A stretch of DNA of 64,000 nt from a virus (IMGVR_UViG_3300044680_000064:9632-73631); one strand, 5' to 3'. Shown: positions 35,493-45,299, numbered from the stretch's first letter. Program-made: numbers and translations. Notes: generated from the letters alone by a model not told the origin.

Positions 35493-35691
35493 ATTTTACA
35501 CTCGACACCAGAGTCAATTCCTCAACCTTGTAGTGCGTGCCGCTGCCAGAGTCGCCTTGGCAACCTTCGCTCCAGCACTCGCCCTTGACGCAATAAATAC
35601 CACCGCCGAGATGGTCGGACGGCCGATAGGTATGCTCGTGCCCTTTCGGGCACCGAACGGTAACACCGATGGCGACTTGTTCGATCTTCAT
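35470..35691 (-). CDS. Cys/His-rich small protein (73 aa)
   Basis: ORF convergent with TerL. Confidence 0.35.
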   Translation of the reverse strand: MKIEQVAIGVTVRCPKGHEHTYRPSDHLGGGIYCVKGECWSEGCQGDSGSGTHYKVEELTLVSSVKSNAFQVS

Positions 35692-35698
35692 TTTTGGT

Positions 35699-35941
35699 TC
35701 ACGCCTTCCCCGCTAAGAACAGCACCGTGCACGGATCGCAAAGGTAGCACCGATCGCCAGGCTCCAGCACCTTCCCATAAATCGCGATCATCTGCGCGTC
35801 GAGTTCGGTCTGATTCGTATCGCACGGGATCAACTGGTTGCACCGCGCGCACTTGAAGCCGACGATGCGTTGGCCAGTCCAGTTCTTGAACCGAAATAGC
35901 CGTCGCACATGCTCTTTCAGCTTGGCGAGTTCGTTTGACAC
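35699..35941 (-). CDS. zinc-ribbon protein (80 aa)
   Basis: CARC...CDPC pattern. Confidence 0.35.
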   Translation of the reverse strand: MSNELAKLKEHVRRLFRFKNWTGQRIVGFKCARCNQLIPCDTNQTELDAQMIAIYGKVLEPGDRCYLCDPCTVLFLAGKA

Positions 35942-36019
35942 TGCTTTGCCCCTCTACGCGTCATTTCCAGACCTAAAGACATAGTACCAAACCGGAAGGT
36001 TTTCGGACACCGAGACGCT

Positions 36020-36463
36020 ATGTTTTGGCGAATAGCGACAACCTGCGTAATCCTTGGCGACGTAGCTCTCATCGGTTTTTATGACGTGCTCGCGAACAAG
36101 TACGGCGGCAATTCCGCCACGATCAGCCGTCAGTGCCTGAATACGTCTCTTGAAATTCCCGGATTCCGCTTCCTGATGTGTGCGCTATTTGGCGTGCTGA
36201 TGGGCCATTTGTTCGTGTGGCGGCGGCCGGGATCAGAAACTCAGGATCAGGAATTGTTCGCGCTGGCGTTTTTCGTTGGCTTGCCGCTGCTCGTGATCTC
36301 GTTCGACTTGATTGCGATGTTGCTCGGAATGAATCCGCGGCCGATGCACGCGACGCGCTGCGTTAATGAGTGGCTGAGCCAGCGGCCATACATCGAAGTG
36401 TTTCTCGGCTACGTTTTCGGCGTGATGGTCGGGAACCGATTTTTAGCGCAGCACGTGTTTTGA
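36020..36463 (+). CDS. integral membrane protein (147 aa)
   Basis: Four predicted hydrophobic helices. Confidence 0.4.
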   Translation: MFWRIATTCVILGDVALIGFYDVLANKYGGNSATISRQCLNTSLEIPGFRFLMCALFGVLMGHLFVWRRPGSETQDQELFALAFFVGLPLLVISFDLIAMLLGMNPRPMHATRCVNEWLSQRPYIEVFLGYVFGVMVGNRFLAQHVF

Positions 36464-36469
36464 ATAGGA

Positions 36470-36745
36470 GTGTGGACTTTGTGTGTGGTCAGTATGGTCA
36501 TGGACCATAAATGGGACGATTGGACCAGGAAATATGTCCAGCCGGTTACGCCGCCATCGCCGTATCAACCGTTCGTGACGCCGCCATTGCCAACGCCAGC
36601 GGAAATCGACGAATTTCGGCGGCTTCTTGAAAGAGCTCGTGAGTATGACAAACGAAATAACGAGCCAGATTGCGAACTTGAAAGCAAGCGACAAAAGTTG
36701 CGAGACCTAGCTGACATGCTCGGCGTGAAGATTGATTTTGTCTGA
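36470..36745 (+). CDS. hypothetical protein (91 aa)
   Basis: ORF. Confidence 0.3.
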   Translation: MWTLCVVSMVMDHKWDDWTRKYVQPVTPPSPYQPFVTPPLPTPAEIDEFRRLLERAREYDKRNNEPDCELESKRQKLRDLADMLGVKIDFV

Positions 36746-36976
36746 GTCCTGAGAGGGCTCGACGATGTCCGTCATGAACGAATATCGAGATGACAAAGAT
36801 CAGATTTCGTTGTTCTGGGATGCGATGACGATCAGCACTGACGAGTTAATGAAGATGCTAAAGATCGGACATCGGGAACCACACAGACATCCGGTCTACA
36901 GGAATTACATCGCAGTCGGAACGCCGGTATTGCGATCGGGCTGGCTGCAACAGTGCTATCAAGAGGACGTCGGCCA

Positions 36977-37219
36977 ATGCCAGAAGTTTCCCCCGTGAAT
37001 CCCGCACCGACTCCAAGCCCGGTGCCATCCGCGACCGCCACGTTGCTGGACAAGGTCGTGCATGGCCTGGGCGTGTTCGCGCTCGTGACGCTGGTGACAA
37101 TCGGCAACGAAGGCGTCAAGCATGCGACCGGAGCGGATTGGGAAAGCGCGGCCATCCAAGGCGCGATCGCCGCGCTCGTGACCTCTGGCGTGTCGTATGT
37201 TGGACTCCGAAACCGTTGA
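36977..37219 (+). CDS. small membrane protein (holin candidate)
   Basis: Pro-rich N-terminus and two TM helices. Internal ATG of ORF 36953-37219. Confidence 0.4.
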   Translation: MPEVSPVNPAPTPSPVPSATATLLDKVVHGLGVFALVTLVTIGNEGVKHATGADWESAAIQGAIAALVTSGVSYVGLRNR

Positions 37220-37236
37220 CCAGCGGAGGCGATTCG

Positions 37237-37629
37237 ATGGACCCGGAAGTCCTGAAGTTTGTCTGGCACATGCTGGTCGGTGTAGCGGGCGGCGGCGGTC
37301 TGGTTGCGGTTGGCGCTCGGTTTGTTCTCAAATATCGCCAGCAAACCAAGGACGAGCTCTCCAAGGTCTTGGCCGAACAGGCGCGCCAGATTCAGTCGTT
37401 ATCGAAAGAGGCTGGCGAAGACCGGGTGGAGATGAGAGCCCGCATCACGCAGTTGGAAACGCAGATTGAACGATCGCGCCTTGAGCACAACGACTGTTTG
37501 CAGAAGCAGGCCGAGCTTCGCGCCGAATTGGTCGTCCAGAAGGACACCGTAGCGAAGATGCACGCCGAGAATCGTGAATTGATGCAGAAGATTTACACCG
37601 CAGTCACGCAACCGACAACCACCAAGTAA
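37237..37629 (+). CDS. membrane-anchored coiled-coil protein (spanin or holin-like candidate)
   Basis: One TM helix (VGVAGGGGLVAVGARFVL) followed by a long coiled coil. Confidence 0.4.
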   Translation: MDPEVLKFVWHMLVGVAGGGGLVAVGARFVLKYRQQTKDELSKVLAEQARQIQSLSKEAGEDRVEMRARITQLETQIERSRLEHNDCLQKQAELRAELVVQKDTVAKMHAENRELMQKIYTAVTQPTTTK

Positions 37630-37637
37630 CTGGAGTT

Positions 37638-38195
37638 TTGACAATGGCACCTCCCGCTAAGAAAAACAAAGACGCTGCGACGCCGAACAAACCGAGCGCT
37701 CCGTTCAAGCCGACATCGTTGACGGATAATACAGGCGGCACCGTCAGCAGCACGCTCGCTGCCACAGCTGTTGAAATGACGCAGTTGATGGCACCTCTTC
37801 AGTTGGCCGACATCGCTAACTCGGCGGCGTATGCGATCACGATCCCATTCAACTTCACGCTCGTATCAGCGTTGTGGCGAACTGGCAAGCCGGCGACGAC
37901 CGGCTCCAAACTCGCCACGCTGACGTTATCGACGACGGGCGGCTCCTTGACGGGCGGCGTCATGGCGCTGACATCTGCCAATCAGACACCAGCTGGAGCC
38001 ACCGTTGCCGCAACGGCTATTTCCGGAGCGAACGCGACGCAGGCGGCCGGCAGCTCGATCATCTTGACTGGAAGCAGCGTTACAAGTTTTGTTGAAGGCG
38101 ATGGCGTCTGCGAACTTACGCTTATTAACAATGACCTCGCCAACACGCTCAGCTCTCTGGCTTCGAAAATCAATAAGATCGTTGACCAGCTGTGA
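37638..38195 (+). CDS. Thr/Ser/Ala-rich protein followed by a strong terminator (abundant structural protein?)
   Basis: Low-complexity T/S/A-rich sequence. An intrinsic terminator follows immediately. Confidence 0.45.
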   Translation: MTMAPPAKKNKDAATPNKPSAPFKPTSLTDNTGGTVSSTLAATAVEMTQLMAPLQLADIANSAAYAITIPFNFTLVSALWRTGKPATTGSKLATLTLSTTGGSLTGGVMALTSANQTPAGATVAATAISGANATQAAGSSIILTGSSVTSFVEGDGVCELTLINNDLANTLSSLASKINKIVDQL

Positions 38196-38213
38196 GCGAT
38201 TTATGAAACCAGC

Positions 38214-38247
38214 AGACCGGCGCAATCACGCGCCGGTCTTTTTTTTG
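38214..38247 (+). terminator. rho-independent terminator
   Basis: Perfect 10-bp stem agaccggcgc/gcgccggtct, 6-nt loop, T8 run. Confidence 0.75.
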
Positions 38248-38273
38248 AATTCCTATACCAGCCAATTCGTCTC

Positions 38274-38283
38274 GTCGTATAAT
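38274..38283 (+). promoter_or_regulatory. GTCGTATAAT promoter-like motif
   Basis: 40 nt upstream of ATG 38324. Confidence 0.45.
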
Positions 38284-38323
38284 GCCGGTTGTCCACCAAC
38301 TTCGTGACACGGAGTAACTGACA

Positions 38324-39106
38324 ATGAAGTTCCGTTTGAGCCTTCTCGCGCTATTCGTCGCCATCGCACCGATTTTCGCGGCCGATCCGCCAGCCCCAAC
38401 TCCTGAACCGCCGGTATCTCCCGGAGTCACGGTCCCGCTCAATGCCACGGGCGTCCCAGGAGAGTGGATTCTCGTGCCGTTCACGATTCGCTCGGGTGGA
38501 ACACCAGAGTTTCGCATTCTCGAGAGCGGACTTGCCGAGATCGACCTATCCAAGCTATTCCCAGACGATGTGGCCAAGAAGGCGACAGCCCATTTATTCA
38601 AGGCATCGCAGCCCGGCACGTACCACGTCGAAGTGCGGAACGCAAACGCCAGTGTTTTGAGCCCTATTGCGACAGTGACGATCAATGTCGTGCCGGTGAA
38701 CGTCAATCCGAATCCGATTCCCGGTCCAATCAACCCGAATCCGACTCCGGTAAATCCGAATCCAGGCCCGTCGCCGCCTGTGGCCGACAAAACGGCCCAG
38801 CACCTGTTCGTGATTATCATCGAAGACATGGTCAAGCGCACTCCGCAGCAGGGCGCTGTCATGTATGACAAGGATTTCCGTCAGTGGATGCTCACGAGCG
38901 GCCACAAGATCGAGATTTACTCGAAAGGCGACAAGGATTTAAGCCCGACGCTCGCACAGTTCGCCGCGCAGATGCAAAGTCTGCTTCCGATCGTGATTGT
39001 GCTTGACGCGGACGCCTCTGGAACTCAAAAACCGCTCAAGTCATTCACGCTTCCGGCCACTGGAGCCGATTTGGAAGCGATGCTCAAGAATCTCGTGTCG
39101 AAATAA
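38324..39106 (+). CDS. secreted protein with NPNP proline-rich linker
   Basis: Signal peptide MKFRLSLLALFVAIAPIFAA. Central NPNPIPGPINPNPTPVNPNPGP linker. Confidence 0.5.
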   Translation: MKFRLSLLALFVAIAPIFAADPPAPTPEPPVSPGVTVPLNATGVPGEWILVPFTIRSGGTPEFRILESGLAEIDLSKLFPDDVAKKATAHLFKASQPGTYHVEVRNANASVLSPIATVTINVVPVNVNPNPIPGPINPNPTPVNPNPGPSPPVADKTAQHLFVIIIEDMVKRTPQQGAVMYDKDFRQWMLTSGHKIEIYSKGDKDLSPTLAQFAAQMQSLLPIVIVLDADASGTQKPLKSFTLPATGADLEAMLKNLVSK

Positions 39107-39143
39107 CGCAAATCATCAAATGACCGTCAAATAAGAGGCTCAA

Positions 39144-39950
39144 ATGGATAACGCTGTTCAACTTCCCGATGGTTCGCACGCCAAAATGGGCTGTGTCCGA
39201 CCAGTTCACATTCGCTTCGGTGCCGTACCGATGTGGGCCGACAAGAATCCGGTCCTTGCCGAGAACGACTGCCCGGATCACGACGATTTAGCGCAGTTCT
39301 GCGAGCCGCCGAAGACCCAACACTATTCGAATTGCACAAACGCATCGCTGGCCTGGGGCGCGCAGGCGATTTTCAAGGCCAATGGCGTCGATTGCCCAGA
39401 CCTGTCGATGTCGTTCCTCTACGCGCTCAACAACGGCGGGCGCGATCAAGGGGCAATGTGCCGTGACGTGATCGCGAGCTGGATGGCGAAGGGCTTGCCG
39501 CCAGCCAGCGTCGTTCCCGAGTCGCAGATTTTCACGCCACGCGGCGGCTTCTCACGAGCGGTCCTCGCCGCGGCTTTGCAATGGCAAGGATTTGAAGTGT
39601 ACCAGTGCATGAACTGGGATGACGTGCGATCAGCTCTGGCCCGTCGTTTTATCGTGTATCACGGCTTCTCGCTCGGTCAGGCTTTCTTCCAGGCTCCGGA
39701 AGGCAAGGTTCCCGAGTTCGATGGCCAAGAGGTCAACGGCCATGCGCAGTGCTCTCGCGGTCTGACTCGTCGGTTCGGAGACTTGCGGACGATAACTCCG
39801 AACACCTGGGGATCGCAAGGATTCGGCGACAATGGCATCGGCTACATCCCCGAGAGCTATTTCGCTCCGACTCTTGGCGGTGATCCGAATCTGGATGCTT
39901 ACGCGATTCGTTCGGCGGAAATGCCGAAAGCGCCAGACATTCAAGCGTGA
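39144..39950 (+). CDS. papain-like (C1-type) cysteine peptidase
   Basis: CTNASLAWG resembles the catalytic Cys region. NGHA (His) and NTWGSQGFGDNGIGYIPESYF resemble the N.WG..WG..GY region. Confidence 0.45.
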   Translation: MDNAVQLPDGSHAKMGCVRPVHIRFGAVPMWADKNPVLAENDCPDHDDLAQFCEPPKTQHYSNCTNASLAWGAQAIFKANGVDCPDLSMSFLYALNNGGRDQGAMCRDVIASWMAKGLPPASVVPESQIFTPRGGFSRAVLAAALQWQGFEVYQCMNWDDVRSALARRFIVYHGFSLGQAFFQAPEGKVPEFDGQEVNGHAQCSRGLTRRFGDLRTITPNTWGSQGFGDNGIGYIPESYFAPTLGGDPNLDAYAIRSAEMPKAPDIQA

Positions 39951-40063
39951 CAACAACCGTCGCGATGGGATGAGCATCGCGGCGATAAACATCCCGGCTT
40001 CGTTCTAGTCAATCGAACCGGGATTTTCTTTTTCTACCGTTCCTATCACTGGAGACCTTTTCA

Positions 40064-40405
40064 ATGTCGAGTTCAGTTCCTCTTCTCGGTCAGCGTTGCG
40101 TGTTCATTGCGAACGCCAGCGACGTCGGCCGCGCACAGCACGGACACGTCTGCTATGTCAACGACGATAACACCGTCAACATCGCGTGCTTGACGTCTCG
40201 CGGAGCCGTCCAGGCGTTCGTGAACGTGAATTGCCACAAGGACGGCGACAAGCTGCCCGAGGATGCGTCGTTCTGCATCCTGCTTCCAGATCCGGCCGCT
40301 GAAGACGCGCACGACGCGATTGATTGCGTTCGGAAAATGCACCTTGAGGCCGTCAAAGCGGCCGAGGAAGCGAAGAAGAAACCGGCCGAGCCGGAGACCA
40401 AGTGA
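40064..40405 (+). CDS. hypothetical protein (113 aa)
   Basis: ORF. Confidence 0.35.
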   Translation: MSSSVPLLGQRCVFIANASDVGRAQHGHVCYVNDDNTVNIACLTSRGAVQAFVNVNCHKDGDKLPEDASFCILLPDPAAEDAHDAIDCVRKMHLEAVKAAEEAKKKPAEPETK

Positions 40406-40586
40406 TTTCAGGAAAAGCGTAATTCCCTGCTTGCAACCACGGGTCACGCTTCCCGAGTGTATCGGGATCAGCCGCATGGAGAATTCCCTCCAAGCGGCTT
40501 TTTCATGCGCTGAGTGGTCTTGCATACACCCATCACACTTCGTTATTCTTACCTGAAGTGAACACACGAACACTTCGGGGAAAGTC

Positions 40587-41798
40587 ATGTCAGCACGTGG
40601 ACTTGATCCAGAAAAGATAAAACAGATCGAAGAAATGCACCGGGCCGGCAAGACAAATCAAGAAATAAGGATCAAACTAAAGCTCTGCGAGAACACGGTC
40701 CTCAAGTACGTCCACGCCTTCGACGCGGGCGACGATCCTATCGCTCAGCACGACCGTAGAATCCAACAGCAGCGCGCAATTGAAGATCGTGTGAAGTCGA
40801 TCAAGGAAATACACTTCCGCCAGTTCCTCGAAAAGTGCATCGCCGAACAAGTCCAGCCACTCGAAATACCTAAGAAGCCGAAAGAGCGACCATCGCGGCG
40901 CCGATCCTGCCGCGCGCACGAGCGATATCCGCTCTTGACGCTAACCGATTGGCACTATGAAGAGACCGTCAATCCGGAAGGCGTACTCGAGCTGAACCAG
41001 TATTCAATCTCGATCGCTTGCAAGCGAATCTGGCGAGTTGTCCACTCATGCCTTGATTGGAAACGCGACATGGAGGCGAGCGGCCGGTACGTGATGCCGG
41101 AGTTAGTCGTCGCGCTCATGGGCGACATGATGACCGGCACGCTGCACGGCCTGGAACGCCATTCCGGCGCGCAGAATATCGTGCGGGCAGCGCTGGGATG
41201 CGGCGACTTGATCTCGCTCGTGCTCGCTGATCTGGCCGCGGCATTCCCGCGGATCAAGGTTGTCGGCGTCGTCGGCAATCACGGGCGGTTGCCGGACGAC
41301 AAGAAAGTGCCGACGAAAGACCCGACGCGCAGTTGGGATTTCCTCGCGTATCAGGTCGCGAAGAGGCGGCTTACCAACGTCAGTACCATTTCGTGGGATT
41401 TGCCGAACGCTTATGGCCGACTGTTTGATGTCGGCACGCATCCCTGTTATTTGGCTCACGGAAATTTCATTCAAAACAATCTCGGCATCGTAGGATATGG
41501 TGTACGCAGATTTTCTTCGGCATTGGCGAGCAATCTGAACGCGGCCGGCAAGTCGCTTCGGTACTGCTTCTTCGGTCACTGGCACCAGCAGAGCGCGGCG
41601 GAGTTCGCCGGCATGAGCACGTTCATCTGTCCGTCGCTCATCGGCACACAGGAGTATTCGTTCCTGTCGGGTGGGGCGGTTAATCGACCTGCTCAGCAGA
41701 TGTATATCATGGATAGAGAACTCGGCCTTGTGTCCCAAGAGACTTTCTACGGAGATGGTCCAGAAACAAATCCTGGCTCATACCAACTGGAGCTTTGA
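40587..41798 (+). CDS. calcineurin-like metallophosphoesterase with N-terminal HTH
   Basis: LMGDMMTG, VVGNHG, GHWH motifs. N-terminal KTNQEIRIKLKLCENTVLKYV HTH. Confidence 0.6.
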   Translation: MSARGLDPEKIKQIEEMHRAGKTNQEIRIKLKLCENTVLKYVHAFDAGDDPIAQHDRRIQQQRAIEDRVKSIKEIHFRQFLEKCIAEQVQPLEIPKKPKERPSRRRSCRAHERYPLLTLTDWHYEETVNPEGVLELNQYSISIACKRIWRVVHSCLDWKRDMEASGRYVMPELVVALMGDMMTGTLHGLERHSGAQNIVRAALGCGDLISLVLADLAAAFPRIKVVGVVGNHGRLPDDKKVPTKDPTRSWDFLAYQVAKRRLTNVSTISWDLPNAYGRLFDVGTHPCYLAHGNFIQNNLGIVGYGVRRFSSALASNLNAAGKSLRYCFFGHWHQQSAAEFAGMSTFICPSLIGTQEYSFLSGGAVNRPAQQMYIMDRELGLVSQETFYGDGPETNPGSYQLEL

Positions 41799-41801
41799 TC
41801 C

Positions 41802-42383
41802 ATGCGAGCCGATTGGCTTCACGACGGACCAATTCTCGGCAAGAGCCGCATGTACTCCATGCTCGCGGCCGGCGCGTTCGGCAACACAATTCCGCAATGG
41901 TTTAATCTTGACGAGTGGGAGCAATCCGCAGACGCCGCGCGCTATGCGACATGGGGCGTGCGCACGCTCGTTGCTGGCGGTCCATGCCGACTGTATTGCC
42001 CGCGTGAGGAAGTCCGCTCAACGGCGGAGCGCCCAGAGTATCGCGCGGCGGGCGTGAACATTTCGATGATGATCGACGCCATCGTCAATGCCACTCTCTG
42101 GGCTGATGTATATGATTCGGAAGACGGCTTAATTGTGTACGGCGTTCTTAATCCGCCGCGCGGAGCTTCGTGGCGAAAGCTGATGCCGAGCGAGGGCCGT
42201 GAGTACCGCGGAATCGCGGCGCAGATGCTACTCAAGCAAAAGTTGAATCCGAACAGTCTTGCCGATCTTGAGGCGCTGCGGGATCGCTGGCCTGGCCACG
42301 TTTACGAATTGTCCGCGTGCGAAAAGTGCATCGGAGTTATACCGCATCGAAACGGTGTGGTGTGGGAAGTCAGAAACTATTAG
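41802..42383 (+). CDS. hypothetical protein (193 aa)
   Basis: ORF. Confidence 0.35.
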   Translation: MRADWLHDGPILGKSRMYSMLAAGAFGNTIPQWFNLDEWEQSADAARYATWGVRTLVAGGPCRLYCPREEVRSTAERPEYRAAGVNISMMIDAIVNATLWADVYDSEDGLIVYGVLNPPRGASWRKLMPSEGREYRGIAAQMLLKQKLNPNSLADLEALRDRWPGHVYELSACEKCIGVIPHRNGVVWEVRNY

Positions 42384-42390
42384 GAAAACC

Positions 42391-42954
42391 ATGAAAACAA
42401 AGGTATTTCTGGACATGGATGGTGTGCTTGTTGATTTCGTGTCTGGCGCGTGCGCGGCGCATGGGATGCCAAACCCATACAAAGTCGATCCGATCAAGAG
42501 TCGCGGCGAATGGGGAATCGAAGCTCTTCTCGGTGTCTCGCCAGCGATGTTCTGGAAACCTCTTGGATTCGAGTTCTGGGCGAATCTCGATTGGATGCCA
42601 GACGGCCGCGAGATTCTAAAGCAAGTCGAGTTCTTTGTTGACATTGAAAACATCTGCATCCTGACCTCTCCATGCGACACGCCGGGTTGTATCGACGGCA
42701 AACGCGAATGGATAAAAAACAACATACCAGAATACAGGAAACAGATTCTTGTCGGGGCCGCGAAGCAATTTGTCGCCGGTCCAGGGAAAGTGTTGATCGA
42801 CGATTATCAGAACAACACAGACAAGTTCATCGACCACGGCGGCGAAGCGGTACTGATTCCGAGAATTTGGAACTCGTCATGGATGTTTGAAAAGGAACGG
42901 TCATCATCATTGGCTATCGGTGGCTACTTTGGCAAGCCAACCATTCGTGGATGA
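42391..42954 (+). CDS. HAD-family 5'(3')-deoxyribonucleotidase-like hydrolase
   Basis: VFLDMDGVLVDF (HAD motif I, NT5C-like). Internal ATG of ORF 42259-42954. Confidence 0.55.
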   Translation: MKTKVFLDMDGVLVDFVSGACAAHGMPNPYKVDPIKSRGEWGIEALLGVSPAMFWKPLGFEFWANLDWMPDGREILKQVEFFVDIENICILTSPCDTPGCIDGKREWIKNNIPEYRKQILVGAAKQFVAGPGKVLIDDYQNNTDKFIDHGGEAVLIPRIWNSSWMFEKERSSSLAIGGYFGKPTIRG

Positions 42955-43097
42955 CGACGGCCTTGAGCCCTGGGAGCGTCGGCCGTTCCGGTACGCCTTC
43001 GACACAGTCCTGGGAATTTGGCTCGGTACGATTATGGTGCTGTCGATCGTCGTTCTCGTGTTGTCCGCGCTCGTAAAAATCCGCTGGGAGTGAAGAC

Positions 43098-43598
43098 ATG
43101 GAAGCCGAGCAAGCAGTTGCAAACGTCAAGGCTATCTACATTCGTTGGATGATCCGCCGCGATATGACCGACGTCGTGCGCATCGAACGCGAGAGCTTTG
43201 ATTGCAGTTGGACGGAAGACGACTTCCTACGCTGCTTACGCCAACGCAACACCATCGGCATGGTCTGCGAGTTGATGGGCAATGTCGAAGGCTACATGAT
43301 CTACGAACTTCACGAGTCTCGGTTGCACATTCTGAACTTTGCGGTATCGCCGCTCGCTCGTCGCATCGGGCTTGGCCGGTCGATGGTTGAGAAGTTGATC
43401 GGCAAACTGTCTTCCCACAGACGAAAGCGTATTACTCTGGCCGTTCGCGAGACGAATCTCGGCGCGCAGTTGTTTTTCAAGGCGACGGGGTTCCGGGCGA
43501 CGAAGGTACTGCGCGGCTATTACGAGATGACCGGCGAAGATGGGTACGCGATGAAGTACGAGATTTGCGAGCCAGTTAAGCATCCCGTGCCGTGGTGA
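43098..43598 (+). CDS. GNAT N-acetyltransferase (RimI-like)
   Basis: LNFAVSPLARRIGLGRSMVEKL acetyl-CoA-binding motif. Confidence 0.6.
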   Translation: MEAEQAVANVKAIYIRWMIRRDMTDVVRIERESFDCSWTEDDFLRCLRQRNTIGMVCELMGNVEGYMIYELHESRLHILNFAVSPLARRIGLGRSMVEKLIGKLSSHRRKRITLAVRETNLGAQLFFKATGFRATKVLRGYYEMTGEDGYAMKYEICEPVKHPVPW

Positions 43599-43661
43599 CG
43601 ATCATGTTCTGTTTTGATTTCCTGCTTGGCGTGATCGTTTTCGGCGTCTGTCTATGGGCCT

Positions 43662-44063
43662 TTGCGAAACGAACCGATAGCCCGTGGTGGTGACATGGAC
43701 CAGATAGAACCGAAGGTCTTGCTTGGGATGGACGCTGAGGCGCAAGGCGCGTATCTCAGGCAGGCGTTTTACGAATGCACGGAACAGTGGTTCAATGTCT
43801 TCCGTGGCCGCGAAGGCGTGCTGTCAGCTGGCTGGAAGCCCATGAGCTTCAAGGAAGAATCAGCGATCATGGACGCATGGAGCTTCCTTTACAAAGCCTG
43901 CCGCGACACGGAGATTGGCCTGGCGATGCTGAAGGAACTTGGCGACCGGCAGAATCGCATCGACGCCCTAGAGAGGGAAGTCGCGAGGCTGAACGGCAAA
44001 ATCATCGCCGATCCCGATTATCGACTCAGCAGGCCGGAAGTTGTCAATCAACTCGGCAAATAA
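43662..44063 (+). CDS. hypothetical coiled-coil protein (133 aa)
   Basis: ORF. Confidence 0.35.
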   Translation: MRNEPIARGGDMDQIEPKVLLGMDAEAQGAYLRQAFYECTEQWFNVFRGREGVLSAGWKPMSFKEESAIMDAWSFLYKACRDTEIGLAMLKELGDRQNRIDALEREVARLNGKIIADPDYRLSRPEVVNQLGK

Positions 44064-44501
44064 ACACTCAATCGCTTCGAAGCACCTTTTGATTCTGCCC
44101 GTATCCCAAATATCATTTCCGGTGACGATCCACGGCTTTCGGTTCTTGTCGAGCAAGTCTTTGGCGTGCGACATGCACTCACCGAGCATGCTGTGAGTGA
44201 AAATCGGGATATCGAACGCTGTCGTCGGAAATCCGAACGGAGCGGGCGGGTCAAAACGTTTTTTCATCTCGGTCGCATCGACGATCCGCTTCTCGCCTTC
44301 AGGCGTCGCGAGGATGTCCGTCAACTCAGGCTCGCAGACTTTGATTTTCTTGTACGTCTCAAGAATGGATTCAAGCGTGACGCTGACCGATGCAGTCGAG
44401 CAGTTCAACCATGCGTTCGTGTAGGTATTCATATTGCCATTGTATCAAAATCTCCAGTGGGCTTGACGCGCGACATACCATTTCTGTAGTCTAGTGAAGA
44501 G

Positions 44502-45299
44502 TTGTCCATCAAGTGGGAAACTGACCAGTCAACAAAGAGGAACGAGACCGTGAAACTCCTTCGAACACTTTTCGCTTGCGCGCTAATCGCGACGTTCACA
44601 TTGCTGTATTCGAGTCCGCTTCTCGCCGCCGGCCATTGGGAACGACACTGCAACAACGGCTTCTGCACGTGGAGTTACGTGGAAGACGTTCCTGTTCAGG
44701 CCGTCGTTTCTCCGGTCGCCGTCGCGCCGGCCGCGAATGTCCAATACGGCTATGTGATCCCGGCCTCGCAACTGCCAACGTTCGAGATCAAGACCCCGAC
44801 CGCCCATGTCGCCCAAGAATTTCATGTCGGTGATCGTGTCCATCACGACGCCAACACGGACGGCGCGTTCCCGACCGGAACAGGTACAGTCGTCGCGGTA
44901 ATCCCCTGGAATACTGGCGACGGTTTTTCCTATCAGGTCCGTTGCGACGTGACTGGCCGAGTTCTTGGCGTGAACTTCAAGGCGTCCGAGCTCGTGGCAT
45001 TGAAGCCGGTCGCCGCGGCCGCGCCGGCCGTTGGCGCTGCCTTGTACGAATCCGCTCCAGTCGTTACGGTCGGTTGCCAAGCGTGTCAGGCTTGCGGCAA
45101 TGTCGGGCTCGGCACGCAGGTCGCGCAGAATCATCCCGCGCTGGCGAATTTCAAGCCGGTTCGCAACGTGATTGGCGGAGTCCTGAATTTCTTCCGCGGC
45201 GGGCGTCGCAATAAGGCGTCTGTCAGTGTTGGCTACGGCGGTTCGAATTGCGGCTGCAATGGTGCGTGCGGCGTAGCCGGTTGCACCTGCGGCCAGTGA
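44502..45299 (+). CDS. secreted protein with Cys/Gly-rich C-terminus
   Basis: Signal peptide LLRTLFACALIATFTLLYSSPLLAAG. C-terminal GCQACQACGN...GSNCGCNGACGVAGCTCGQ. Confidence 0.45.
   Translation: MSIKWETDQSTKRNETVKLLRTLFACALIATFTLLYSSPLLAAGHWERHCNNGFCTWSYVEDVPVQAVVSPVAVAPAANVQYGYVIPASQLPTFEIKTPTAHVAQEFHVGDRVHHDANTDGAFPTGTGTVVAVIPWNTGDGFSYQVRCDVTGRVLGVNFKASELVALKPVAAAAPAVGAALYESAPVVTVGCQACQACGNVGLGTQVAQNHPALANFKPVRNVIGGVLNFFRGGRRNKASVSVGYGGSNCGCNGACGVAGCTCGQ

Noticed and set aside
38240-38247. T8 homopolymer as a slippery or frameshift site
   Set aside because: It directly follows a perfect 10-bp GC hairpin after a stop codon, which is a standard intrinsic terminator.
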